From: an uncultured Chloroflexia bacterium
GTDB lineage: Bacteria; Chloroflexota; Anaerolineae; Anaerolineales; UBA11579
DNA: 64,000 nt
Reading direction: 5' to 3'
NCBI GenBank assembly: GCA_963722735.1
Contig: CAVROH010000013.1
Location: 2,942 to 66,941, forward strand
The position numbers and the translations under genes were made by a program. The notes under the pieces were generated by a model that worked only from the letters and a program-made list of their open reading frames with translations, searched no databases and was not told where the DNA came from. This document shows positions 33,265 through 48,884 of the stretch, piece by piece (the stretch's first letter is position 1; every line of letters starts with the position of its first letter).

Positions 33265-36200
33265 ATGAGTTTCATTGATCAGATTATTAATCACCAGGTT
33301 ATTTTGACCTGCCGCAGGGGGTAGACGGTTGGTTGTTTTTCGCGTTGATCATCACTCTCAATATTTATCTGGCGATCCGTTGGCGCAAGTTTGATAAGCC
33401 GATGAACCGGATGCGGATGATGATCATGATCGTGCTGGTTGTTTCAACAGTCGTGACCAGCCTGGTGATCGGATGCATCTTCCCTCGGCGGATAATATGC
33501 CCGTGCCAGGGAAGACCTGCTTACCCGCGGCGCGACGCTGATGTTCTTTTCAGCGCTGCCCTGGTGTCTGGCGGCAGGATTCCTCGGCCCGGTGTGGACA
33601 GGCGCGCTGGCGGGTTTTCCGGCTTGCTGATCGGCTATTACGATAATCATAATCTTTTTCTGCCGCTGGTGTATTTCATGCTGGGGATGATCTTCAGCTT
33701 CTTTGTCCGGCAGAATTATCGCACGCTGCCTACCGGTTGCTCAGACATCCGGTGCTGGCCGGTTTTGTGATTTCGCTGATCTATCCCGCTGATGGTGGTG
33801 GTCTCGATGATCTTCATCACCGCAGATACATTTGTGGTGCGGGTGGGCTATGCGGTTGCCCAGATGCCGATCAGCTCGGTGGCATATATTGGCCAGTTGG
33901 TTTGGGGCGTGATCGTGGCTCAGGTGTTGGCAATGACCATGCCGCAGTTCTGGTATGGGGAGATTGAGGAGAAACCCTCTCCTGCTGAGGCCAGCCTGGA
34001 ATCCAATCTGATCTACCGCCTGATGCCGCTGGTGATGGTGTTTGCGTTCATCCTCCTGATCGGAATTGGCTTGCTGTCTGGTGGATGGCAACAAACGCCA
34101 GTTGTGGTCCAGATGAAAAATGTGGCTGAGGCTTCGGCGGCCTCGATCCCATTTTCTCTTGAAACTGGCCAGAACCTGATCGTGCAGCTTTCAGAAGACC
34201 CGCGCATGCTGGTAACGGATAACCCGGAATTGCTGCAGGTCACCTGATTGAATATTTGCGGCGGGTGCCTTTCTTCAACCAGCTGACCTATCTGGACACA
34301 TCCGGGAAGCTGATCGCCGCTTATCCACTGGAAGACCAGGACCATCTCTTCCTGACCCTGGAAGAACAGCAGGCAATTGATTTTGCAGCCAGCGGGGTAG
34401 GGTTCCAGATGTACAGCTTGCCGCCGGAATCTGGCGATGATATTGCCCGGCTGGTTTTCGTGGTGCGGTGAAAGATGACGGATGGACTGGCGGGGTGGTT
34501 TTGGGCCGTACCTATCTGGATGAGAATCCTTTCTTTTTGCCGGTGATGGATACCCTGGAGATGCTTACGCCTCTGGGGGGCACCGGGATGCTGCTCGAGT
34601 GAACAGGGGATGATCCTTTACCATCCGGATGCTACCCGGATCGGCACGATCTACCCACAGGAAATCAGCCTGACAGAGGCATTCTTATGATCCTAAACAT
34701 ACAGCCACGGATGGGCACCAGGAGATGATGTATGCCTATCCCTGTGCCGGGCCGCTCATGGGTGGTGGTGACGGCGATCCCGCTGTCAGTACCGCAGCAG
34801 GCGGGCTTGCAGCGCTCTATCAATCTTCTGGCGATACTGGCGTTGCTCCTGTTTGGTCTTTACAAGCTGCTGCAGCGGGTGGTGCGTTCGGTGATCAAAG
34901 AGATCAGCCGTCTGGCAGATGATGCCGGGCAGATCGCTGCTGGGGATTTGAATATGTCCTTGAAGACCGACCATGTGGATGAGGTGGGCAAGCTGGCCGA
35001 GGCTGTGGACGGAATGCGGGTCAGCCTGAAGGCGCGCATGGATGAAGTGGACCAGCTGCTGACCGTCAGCAAAGGGGTGGCTTCCTCGCTGGATCTGCAG
35101 TCGGCGGTCAAACCGATTTTGAATGGTGCGCTGACCACCGGGGCAAGCTCGGCGCGGCTGGTGCTGGCTGATACAGCCGCGCCGGAGTTCGAATCTGAAC
35201 TGCGCACCCGCTATGGCGAAGGTCCCTCTACAAGTACATACAAGAATCTGGATCACCAGATACTGAAGATGACGACCCAGCGCCCGGAGGTGGTGCTTTC
35301 CAACCCGGCCAGGGCCAGGCTGCAAAATCTGGGGTATCCGATGCCCGGGGCGATTTTGGCCGAGGCGCTGGAGCATGAGGGTATCCATTACGGGGCGCTG
35401 TGGATCGCCTACGATCAGGCCCATCCTTTCAGCGAGGAGGAAAAACGGTTCATCCGGGCGGTGGCGGGACAGGCGGCGCTGGCGGTTTCCAATGCCAGGC
35501 TTTATCTCTCTGCCCAATTGGGCCGCCAGCGGATGGAGGAGATCCTCTCATCCACACCTGAACCGGTGATCGTGACCGATTCGCATAACCGCTTCCTGCT
35601 GGTCAATCCCCCGGCGCAAAAATTGTTGGGACTCCCGTTGGGAGAATTGATCGGGCAGCCGGTGGAAGAGATTGGTGAGCAGAGGCGGCGCTGCGAGAGC
35701 TGCTGGTCTCTGATCTGGTGAAGGATAGCGATGCTCCGAAAGAAGTGAAACTGAAGAACATGAACACTTATTACGTGACCGCCTCTCCGGTGCTGATGGA
35801 CAATGGCAAGCGGGTGGGGCGGGTTTGTCTGCTGAGTGATATTACCCGATTCAAGGAACTGGATGAGATGAAATCGGACTTTGTGGATACAGTCAGCCAC
35901 GACCTGCGCTCTCCGCTGATGACCATCCGGGGATATGCCACCATGCTGGATATGGTTGGGGATCTTGAATGAGCAGCAGACGATGTATGTACAGAAGATC
36001 AGCGAGAATGTGGAGCGTACTCATCACCTGGTGAATACGCTGCTGGACATGGGGCGCATCGAAGCGGGCGTGGAGCTGAAGGCTGGAATGGCTGATGCTC
36101 TCCGAACTGGTGCGCCAGGTGGCAGAAGATTTGCGCATGAATGCAGTCCAGAAGCGGATCAACTACCAGGTGGATTTGCCGGAGGGCACAGAACCGATGG

Positions 36201-36633
36201 TGCAGGCTGACCGCGATCTGATGATGCAGGCGGTACAGAATGTGATCGATAATGCGATCAAATATACTCAGAACGGCGGCGAGATCCGCATCTCCGTGAG
36301 CTTTGAAGAAGATAGTTGGGTCAGCTGATCAGGGTGGCGGATAACGGTTCTGGGATCGCGCCAGTAGACGAGCCAAGACTGTTTGAACGGTTTTACCGCG
36401 GCGCTGGGCGCTCGACCAAGGATGGTGGCAGTGGGCTGGGGCTGGCGATCGTTAAATCGATCATTGACCGGCATAACGGTTCGATCCACGTGCAGACCCG
36501 TCTGGGGGAGGGCAGCACCTTTACACTGCGGATTCCGCTAAAACAGCCGGAAGGTGATAGTCAATTTGCTGATTTTGACGCTTATAATGAAGAATACAGG
36601 CACTTTCGAGTACGAAAAGGCAAATTTGCTTGA
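33265..36633 (+). CDS. Membrane sensor histidine kinase (TMs, Cache-like, HAMP, GAF, PAS, HisKA, HATPase)
   Basis: DEVGKLAEAV (HAMP), VSHDLRSPL (H box), NVIDNAIKYT, DNGSGI, FERFYR and GSGLGLAIVK; no cognate response regulator adjacent. Confidence 0.9.
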
Positions 36634-36659
36634 CTTAAAGGGCCTGCTTTCGTTATAAT
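36630..36659 (+). promoter_or_regulatory. Sigma70-type promoter for rpoC
   Basis: TTGACT-18 bp-TATAAT. Confidence 0.7.
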
Positions 36660-36911
36660 TCTTAGTCTGGGCAAACTAAAAGCCATTAAATTAAGCAAGC
36701 GAGCGATTGAGAAACAATTCTCAATCCGCTTGCTTCGTTTTGCATGTTTTTGTAGCACATTTGTTCAATGATTGCGTGCCCTAAATTTTTAGGATAAACT
36801 GGATCAGGATTAATATGGAACGGTTGATTATCGAGATTACGGGGATAGCAACAAACAACCAAACAGTTTTCCGGACCTCAGATTTTGCTGTACTCAGGAG
36901 GCATAATTAGT

Positions 36912-41241
<4,330 letters not shown>

Positions 41242-41261
41242 TCCGAATTATAGCATCAATC

Positions 41262-41293
41262 CATCCGCAGCCCTGACAGGCTGCGGATTTTTT
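41262..41293 (+). terminator. rpoC terminator
   Basis: ATCCGCAGCC-ctgaca-GGCTGCGGAT followed by a T-run. Confidence 0.85.
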
Positions 41294-41445
41294 TAAGGCA
41301 TCTTCTGACATCCGATTATGCTTTCTCGGGATAAAATCAAGCTGAATCGCGGGCATTTGATATAATTAGGTTTCCGCGTCTGGACGTGGCAGGGAGCCAG
41401 TATTGGCCCGCCAACCATCCAGCGGACGCCGTCAAGTGGATTTCT

Positions 41446-41495
41446 TTGACGGAAACTGAAATTCGTACTACAATACAAATATAGCACATACGTTC
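41446..41495 (+). promoter_or_regulatory. Promoter TTGACG-17-TACAAT followed by a LexA-like box
   Basis: -35 at 41446-41451, -10 at 41469-41474, GCACATACGTTC at 41484-41495. Confidence 0.6.
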
Positions 41496-41515
41496 TATAA
41501 TATGGAGTTTGTTTG

Positions 41516-44207
41516 ATGGAAATTGGTTTGGTTCGAAAGATCAATATTGATGAGGAGATGCAGCAGGCGTACCTGGATTATGCGATGAGCACGATCGTCT
41601 CGCGTGCCCTGCCGGATGCGCGTGACGGCCTCAAGCCGGTGCACCGCCGAATCCTCTATGCAATGTATGATATGGGCCTGCGCCCGAATACGAGTTACAA
41701 GAAATCGGCCCGCGTGGTGGGTGAGGTGCTGGGTAAGTACCATCCCCACAGTGACGCGGCGGTGTATGATGCCATGGCCCGTATGGCGCAGGACTTTTCT
41801 CTGCGCTACCCGCTGGTGGATGGACAGGGGAACTTCGGCAGCGTGGACGGCGACCCGCCGGCGGCGATGCGCTACACCGAGGCCAAGATGGCCGCCGCCG
41901 CCATGGATATCATGGTCGATATCCAGAAGGATACCGTCGATTTTACCGAGAATTTTGATGCTTCGCTGACAGAACCGAGCGTGCTGCCGGCCACGATCCC
42001 GAACTTACTGGTCAATGGGGCTGTGGGTATTGCGGTGGGGATGTCCACCAGCGTGCCGCCGCACAACCTTGGCGAGGTGGCCGATGCGGTGGTCTATATC
42101 CTGGAGAACTGGAGCAAGGTGGACAAGATCGATGTGGATACGCTGATGCAGTTCATCAAGGGGCCGGATTTTCCCACCGGGGGCGTGATCCTCGGCGGGT
42201 TGAAGGAAGAGGGCGGCCTGGCGAAGGCTTACGGCTCCGGACGGGGACGGATCACAGTGCAGGCGCGGGCGCATGTCGAAGATATGACCCGCGGCCGCCA
42301 GCGGATCATCATCACCGAGCTGCCTTACATGACCAACAAGACCACGCTGATCGAGCGGATCGCCAAACTGGCCCGCGACGGCGTGCTGGAGGGGCTTTCC
42401 GATCTGCGTGATGAAAGCGACCGCCAGGGGATGCGGATCGTGATCGAGCTGACCAAGAACGCCAATACTGACAAGGTGCTGGAGCAGCTCTATAAGCGCA
42501 CCCAGATGCAGACCACCTTCAGCATCATTCTGCTGGCATTGGTGGATGGCGAGCCAAAGATGCTCAGCCTGAAGAATGCCCTGATGGTGTATATCAACCA
42601 CCGGCTGGAGATCATCAGGCGGCGCAGTGAGTATGACCTGGCGCGTGCCCGAAAGCGGCTGCATATCCTTGAAGGGCTGCGGATTGCCCTCGACAATCTG
42701 GATGAGGTCATTGAACTGATCCGGCGCTCACGGTCTGCGGAGACCGCCCATGCCAATCTGAGGAAGACCTACAAGCTCAGCGATGAGCAGGCTACCGCGA
42801 TCCTGGATATGCCTCTGCGGCGGCTGGCCGCCCTGGAGCGCAAGAAGATCGAGGACGAATATAAAGAGGTGCGCCGGCTGATCCAGGATCTGGAGGGCTT
42901 GCTGAAATCCCCCAAGAAGATGCGCAGCGTGGTGGCGGAAGAACTGCTGGAAGTAAAAGAGAAATACGGCGACCGCCGCCGCACCCAGATCATCGAGGTG
43001 GCGGAAGGCGCTAAGATCAAGGATCTGCTGACCGCCAGCGACCTGGTGGAGGAATATACCACCTATGTCAACCTGGACAGCGAGGGACGCATTTCCCGCA
43101 CCCCGGAGGGCAAGGATGCCCGCCTGTGGGGCAGCACGGCTGCCGACCTGGTGCTGGAAGGCAATACCCGCGATACGCTGTATGTCGTCTCGGCCAGCGG
43201 GGAGACCGCCGCGGTGGCGATGCACGCCATCCCTGAAGCTGAACTGGCCGATCAGGGTGTGAGTGTGGCTTCGGTCACCCCGTTTACTGACAAGGTCAAC
43301 GTGAAAGCGATCTTCAGCCTGCCGCCGGAAGCCTTGCAGAATGAAGACTGGTATGTGATGACGGTCTCGAAATATGGGATGGTGAAGAAGAGCGCCCTCA
43401 GCGAGCTGCCCGGCCCGGCTGCCGAGACCTTTGAACTGGCCCGCACCAAACCCGGTGACGAGATCGGCTGGGTGCTGATCACCAATGGGGAGAACGAGGT
43501 TATGCTGGCGACGGCCAATGGGATGGTGATCCGCTTCAGTGAGGACGCCGTGCGCCCGATGGGGCTGATCGCTGCCGGCGTGAACGGGATCAAGCTGAAG
43601 GGCGAGGACGAAGTCATCGGCGCGGCGGTCTTCAATCCGCAGTATGACGTCTTCCTGCTGACCAGCGAGGGGATCGCCAAACGGGTCAAGGCGGACCAGT
43701 TCCCGGTGCAGGGACGTTACGGCCAGGGTGTGATCGGCTGGAAGCTGGATGGGGATGCCCAACTGGTCGGCCTGGCGCAGAACAAGCCGAACTTCGAGGT
43801 CGGGATTCATCTGGCCCGGCTGGCGGCCAAGCGCGTCCGGCTGGATGATGCCAAGCTGCGCGGACGTCCGTCGCAGCGGCAACTCGGTGATCGATAAGTT
43901 GAAGGAAAAGGTCACCCTCGTGACCGTGCCGTGGGAGACGCCGGACGGCCTGCCGGGACCGGAGAAGAAACGCAAAGCGCCAGAAACGCCTACTCTGCCA
44001 GAGCCGCCGAAGGAAAAAGCCAGGCCTAAGGCCAGGAAGAAATCAACGCCGGTAGAGCAGATCAGCATGGATCTGGACACCCCCGCGGCCAAGACGCGGG
44101 CGCGCAAAACCAGCACCCGCAAGGCGAGCACGCGTAAGACGACGACGCGCAAGACCACGACGAAGAAAACCCCGGCGAAGAAGACCAGCACCCGGAAAAA
44201 GAAGTAA
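41516..44207 (+). CDS. gyrA: Type IIA topoisomerase subunit A (GyrA/ParC family; no GyrA-box, so ParC-like) with Lys/Arg/Thr-rich tail
   Basis: [22 protein letters not shown], catalytic [15 protein letters not shown] and beta-pinwheel repeats. Confidence 0.93.
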
Positions 44208-44239
44208 ATGGCGAATAGGGATTTCCGAAGGAGAAAATC

Positions 44240-44901
44240 ATGGGAGTGATCTCAGAACTGTATGGGGATATTCGTTTCATCCTCAAGTATCGCGGCAAGG
44301 TAATGAAAAAGCAGTTGGCGCTGAACAAAGCTGCGCCCAAGGCTGGTGATCTGGCCCCGGATTTTACCCTGTATGATATTTCGGGGACAGCATCGGTGAC
44401 CTTATCCGAATTCCGCGGTAAAAAGCCGGTTGCACTGGTATTCGGGAGTTTTACCTGACCGCCGTATGTCCGGGGTACCGTGAGTATCCAGAAACTTTAT
44501 CAAGAATATCATCAGGAAGTGCAATTCCTGAGCATTTATATCCGTGAAGCCCATCCGATCGACGGCTGGTGGCTGGGACGGCGGCTGACGAAGAAGGTGA
44601 TGTATAAGATGGCCCCGAAGGTCTCGGATGGCGCATTATGATCCGAAAACCATCGAGGAGCGCCGGGCTGTCGCCGGGGAATGTGAAACCGCCCTCCAGT
44701 ATGGGATTAGGACCTATGTGGACGAGATGGACGACTTTGTAAACGATTCTTACGCCGCCTGGCCGACGCGTTTATATCTTATCGGCCTGGATGGCAAAGT
44801 GGAATATGCGGGCGGGCTGGGCCCGTATCGATTTCAAGCCGGCGAAACTGAAAGCAGCGATCGACCGGTATCTGGCTGGATTGAACCAAGAATTGAATTA
44901 G
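44240..44901 (+). CDS. Iodothyronine-deiodinase-like thioredoxin-fold selenoprotein (UGA 44456-44458 = Sec)
   Basis: APDFTL..KPVALVFGSFT-UGA-PPY..FLSIYIREAHPIDGW..VDEMDD..YAAWPTRLYLIG..GKVEYAGGLGP matches DIO motifs; the frame is continuous across the UGA. Confidence 0.88.
44473..44489 (+). promoter_or_regulatory. Candidate bacterial SECIS hairpin
   Basis: GGGUAC-CGUGA-GUAUCC; the loop starts 20 nt after the UGA with G at loop position 2. Confidence 0.6.
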
Positions 44902-45067
44902 ATCCTGAATCTATTCAGCAAACGAAAATCCTGTTCTGCATTGAAAGATGGCCAGAACGGGATTTTCTTATTCTCCAAGCATCACAATTATCATATTTTG
45001 TCTGATTTCTATGGTTCTGCCCCGAGAGTATAATCATTGAAAATAAATCAGCAATGGGATAGGGATC

Positions 45068-45319
45068 ATGGCAATTCAGCGGTTTTTTGCTCGGAGACGA
45101 TATCGACGATTTCAACGGCAGGCGCGCGAGCGAATCGTGCTGGCAATCATCCTGGGCATCTTCATCCTGAACTTCTGCCTGTGCTTTGGATTGGGCTTGG
45201 TCACCACCGCCCTGCAGCAGATCGGGATTTTGCCGACACCCACGCCCACGCCGGTAGAAGTGGAGACTCAGGTGCAGGGGGTGGTTCTCCACCTAAAACA
45301 GATGTATCTAAAGACATAA
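45068..45319 (+). CDS. Small single-pass membrane protein
   Basis: Arg-rich N-terminus, TM segment, then PTPTPTP linker. Confidence 0.55.
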   Translation: MAIQRFFARRRYRRFQRQARERIVLAIILGIFILNFCLCFGLGLVTTALQQIGILPTPTPTPVEVETQVQGVVLHLKQMYLKT

Positions 45320-45330
45320 AAAAGGCGGGC

Positions 45331-45355
45331 GTCCTTCCCGCACAAGCGGGAATCC
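45331..45355. repeat. REP-like palindrome, same family as 5317-5392
   Basis: GTCCTTCCCGCacaaGCGGGAATCC. Confidence 0.65.
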
Positions 45356-45500
45356 ATCAAGTAAAAGAGTGCAGGTAGGGAAAAATCCACCGTGGAAAAT
45401 GAGAGGAGAATGCCCCAGGCTTGAACGAAGTGAACGCGGTACGTTAAGGTGCCATTGCCGGTCAACCCCCTTGAATCTGTAAATCAACTTTTTAAAAAGT

Positions 45501-45540
45501 GTCAGATTTTGTCGGGTTTTGTCGGGTTTTGTCGGGTTGT
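45501..45540. repeat. 10-bp tandem repeat x4
   Basis: GTCAGATTTT GTCGGGTTTT GTCGGGTTTT GTCGGGTTGT. Confidence 0.8.
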
Positions 45541-45553
45541 GGTGTGAAAAGGC

Positions 45554-46118
45554 CTATCCCCCCGCCAGCCCCAATTCCTCGGCGATCCCCTGCATCGCCT
45601 CCAGCACGTTGCCGACATGCTCCCATTTCTCCACCCCAAAGGCTTCGATCGCTGCGTCCATCTCGTCCCGGTTGGCGCCGGCGGCAAAGCTGGGCACCTT
45701 CCACTTCTTCATGCACCGATTTGACCTCCACATCCCGGATGTCTTTGGAGGGGCGCACCAGGGCGGTGGCGGTGATCAGGCCGGTCAGCTCGTCACACGC
45801 CGCCAGCGCCTTGCGCAGGGGGGTATCCCGCGGCACGCCGGTATGGTCGGCATGCGAGAGGATATCCTCGATGATCTCTTCCTCGATGCCGCGCTCCCGC
45901 AGGATCGGGGCGCCGGCTTGGGGGTGGCGTTCCAGGTCGGGGTGGATCTCCCAGTCGAAGTCGTGCAGCAGGGCGACCAGTCCCCAGCGCTCCTCATCTT
46001 CGCCCAGCTTGCGGGCATACCAGCGCACCGCGGCTTCCACCGCCAGCATGTGCCGCACCAGGCTCTCATTTTTCACATATTCCCGCACGATGGCAAGCGC
46101 TTCTTCTCGGGTGGTCAT
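45554..46118 (-). CDS. HD-domain (HDIG) metal-dependent phosphohydrolase
   Basis: RHMLAVE, LLHDFDWE, RHP, ILSHAD and ACDELTG. Confidence 0.88.
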
Positions 46119-46752
46119 GGCTGGGTTCCCTCCTGGTACAGAGTCGGCGTATTCGCTGGTGTCTGGCGGGGAGATATAGATCTCGATGAAGGCCAGCACG
46201 GTCGCCAGCGTCTCCCGGATATTCCATGCGATCCTGGAGCCGAGCCAGTACATGCCGTGATGGGCAGCCACGCCGGTGGCTTCGATCCCCAATGAGCGGC
46301 ACAGGAACAGCGTCCGCGGCAGGTGATACGGCTGGGTGACGAAGATCGCTTCGTCCAGGCCCAGCTGGGTGTGGGCGTTGTAGCAGGTGGCATAGGTGCG
46401 GATCCCGCCGTCATCCAGGAGGATGTCTTCCTCAGGGACACCGTGCTCAACGGCATACGTCGCGCATGATCGCCGGCTCGGGGTTGCGTCCGGACATCAC
46501 CAGCTGATCTACCACACCGGCCTGGTACAGTTCGACGCCGCGGTCAAGCCGGTCTCGCAATACCGCCGATGGCTTGCCGTTGATCGTCTCAGCCGCCAGC
46601 ACGATCCCGATGGGGGTGTGGCCGGCTTCCTCGATGGTGGTAGTGTACCCGCGGGCGATCGTTGTGGTGATCATCCGGGGGATCACCGCCAGCACCGCCA
46701 GGATCACAATCCCGCGGTAGATGGAGGTGAGGATCGGTTTACGTTTGCGCAT
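46115..46752 (-). CDS. SanA/YdcF (DUF218) family protein
   Basis: N-terminal TM; LRDRLDRGVELYQAG, MSG, DDGGIRTYATC, FVTQPYHLPR and RETLA. Confidence 0.82.
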
Positions 46753-46783
46753 GGGGGTGATTTTAACATCAAACCACCCAGTT

Positions 46784-47477
46784 TTAGAAATACACCCGTT
46801 CAATGCCCATTACATATTTTGAACTTTTCGTGACCCGGAAAGGGAAAAATCCGGCGACATGGTTGGCTTCCACATCTTCGTCTTTCCCGTATTTCAGCTC
46901 GACGATGATATTGCGGAGGTCGCTTTGTGAGTGGATGAAGCGGTTTTCAAAGTGCGCCCACCCGGTAATACGAGAGATCGGTATCTACCGTCAGGCGGAA
47001 GCGATTATCGTGGGTGGCAAAGTAGTGGCGGAAATAGCGGTTGAGCAGCACGATCTGTTGGGTAAGGAGCACCAGTTTTATATCCTCCGGCAGGTCTGGA
47101 TGGTTGGCAAATTGGCGCAGTTCTCTGGTGTTGTAGCCTTCATCCAGGGTGAACCCGTCCAAGCGGATAGAGCCGTTTGGTACCGACCAGGCCGCGCTTG
47201 ATCTTGAATTCCAGGGTGGATTTGTCGATCTTGACCAAAAAGGGGACCATACCAACGCAGGCGGACCTTACGCCGATCAGCCGCCCCGCTGACATTGTCA
47301 TCATAGTTATCCATGTCCGGGGTATCCAGGTAGAAGTTATTGATGTAGCGGGGCGGATACGGCTGATAGAACAGGTAAGGATGGCGTTTGATCAGCGCGA
47401 TCGCCTGGTGATGTTCAAACTGATTGACCAGGAATTTCCGCTCATAGCGATAAGAGCGCGGGTTCGCTTTCAGCCAT
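46784..47477 (-). CDS. VTC-domain (polyphosphate polymerase, CYTH-like) protein
   Basis: RYERKF, NNFYLDT, RRKVRLRWYG, LEFKIKRG, RFRLTVDTDL, IVELKY and SKY across frameshifts. Confidence 0.85.
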
Positions 47478-47479
47478 GG

Positions 47480-48874
47480 TTACCAGATGCCTTTGTTATC
47501 CAGGAAGGAGATCTGCATCGCAGGAGAGAGGGATTGCAAGATCAGCTTTGGCCTGGCTGAGGTCTGAGAGTTTTTTGAACTCGATCACAAAGGATGATTC
47601 CTGAGCACATCGGCGGTCTCATCAAAACGGAGCAGCTTGATCTTTGAGCAGTGTTTCTCCAGGATAGCAGTGATCTGGTCCATATCAACCTTGTCCGGGG
47701 CTTTGCTGGATACGGTCAGGTGCAGGTTGACATCTGCTTTGGTGTTGCGAAAGATCCTTCAGCAGGCCCATGATGGCAATTGCCACTACCAGGGTCAGCA
47801 ATGTGATCAGTCGCTGGTTATCGCCGAGTCCGATACCGAGGCTGATGGCGAAAAATAGATAGGCTAATTCTTCGGGTTCTTTGACAGCCGCACGGAAGCG
47901 GACGATGGAGAGGGCGCCGACCAGACCAAGGGACAGGGCCACCGAGGAGCGTACCACCAGGATGATAAAGGTGGTGGTGATGGTGAGGAGCATGAAGTTG
48001 GCGGCAAATGCCCGCCGGTTGGAGAGGGAGGTGCCCCAAAAGATATATACCCGGCCAAGGATGAAAGAGCAGATTGCTGCCAGGAGGAGATTGATCAGGA
48101 AGGTGCTCAATTCCAGCTGGTTGGATTGGCTGGATATTAGCTCTTCTATCAGGGAGAGCTTTTCACTGCCGGTGGAATCTGTCTGGATGGGTGGAGAGTC
48201 ATTTGCCGGAATATTTCCGGGGAACGGCTCTTCTGGGGTAGGGCCTTCTTCAAGCGGTCCTTCACCTTCCGGCATGGGGCCTTCCGCTGGGGTGCCGCTC
48301 AGACTGATCGAGTCGATCTCTGCGCCGGTCTCGCCGAAGACGTGGAGTATGAAACCTCCACCGGAGAGCGGTTGATCATCGGTGACGGTGAGGACCTGAG
48401 TATCATTGAGAGATAATCGTATGTGTTACCGTTTTCCACCTTTATATTGATCTTATTCCAGCTTTCGACGCTAAGGTATTCAACTGGTGATTCACCTAAC
48501 TGGGAGGGCTGTTCATCACTGATCCTCTCGAGGATGATGTGGTTGTCTAGCAGGATGAGAGCGTTGTGCGCCCCTTCCTGCGTGTTGTAATTCACAATGA
48601 TCTCATTGGGAGACTCGAAGCGCAGGGTGATTGTCAGGTCTATGTTGGACCAGCTGCCCATGACGGAGGATGAAATTACCTGCCGCCCATTTTGAGGACG
48701 CCGTTTTCCACAGTAAGATCCTGGGAGCGTTCCCATTCCTCCCAATTCACATCGTCAAATTCCTCGGTGAATTCTGAGGCTCCTTCCTGGGCGAAGCCCA
48801 GATCGACTGGAACCAGGCAGATAGCTGCAACCAGCGTCAGGGCGATTAAAAGTCTGATTATATTTAGATTTCAT
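47480..48874 (-). CDS. DUF4956 membrane protein with extra N-terminal extracytoplasmic beta-sandwich domain
   Basis: VALSLGLVGALSIVRFRAAVKEPEELAYLFFAISLGIGLG; N-terminal signal/TM, beta-rich domain and Pro/Glu linker. Confidence 0.8.
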
Positions 48875-48884
48875 GTTTTCCTCC

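Noticed and set aside
36665-36700. c-di-GMP-I riboswitch (GGCAAAC) in rpoC leader
   Set aside because: The P2 stem, GNRA loop and downstream GCAAAG element are not present.
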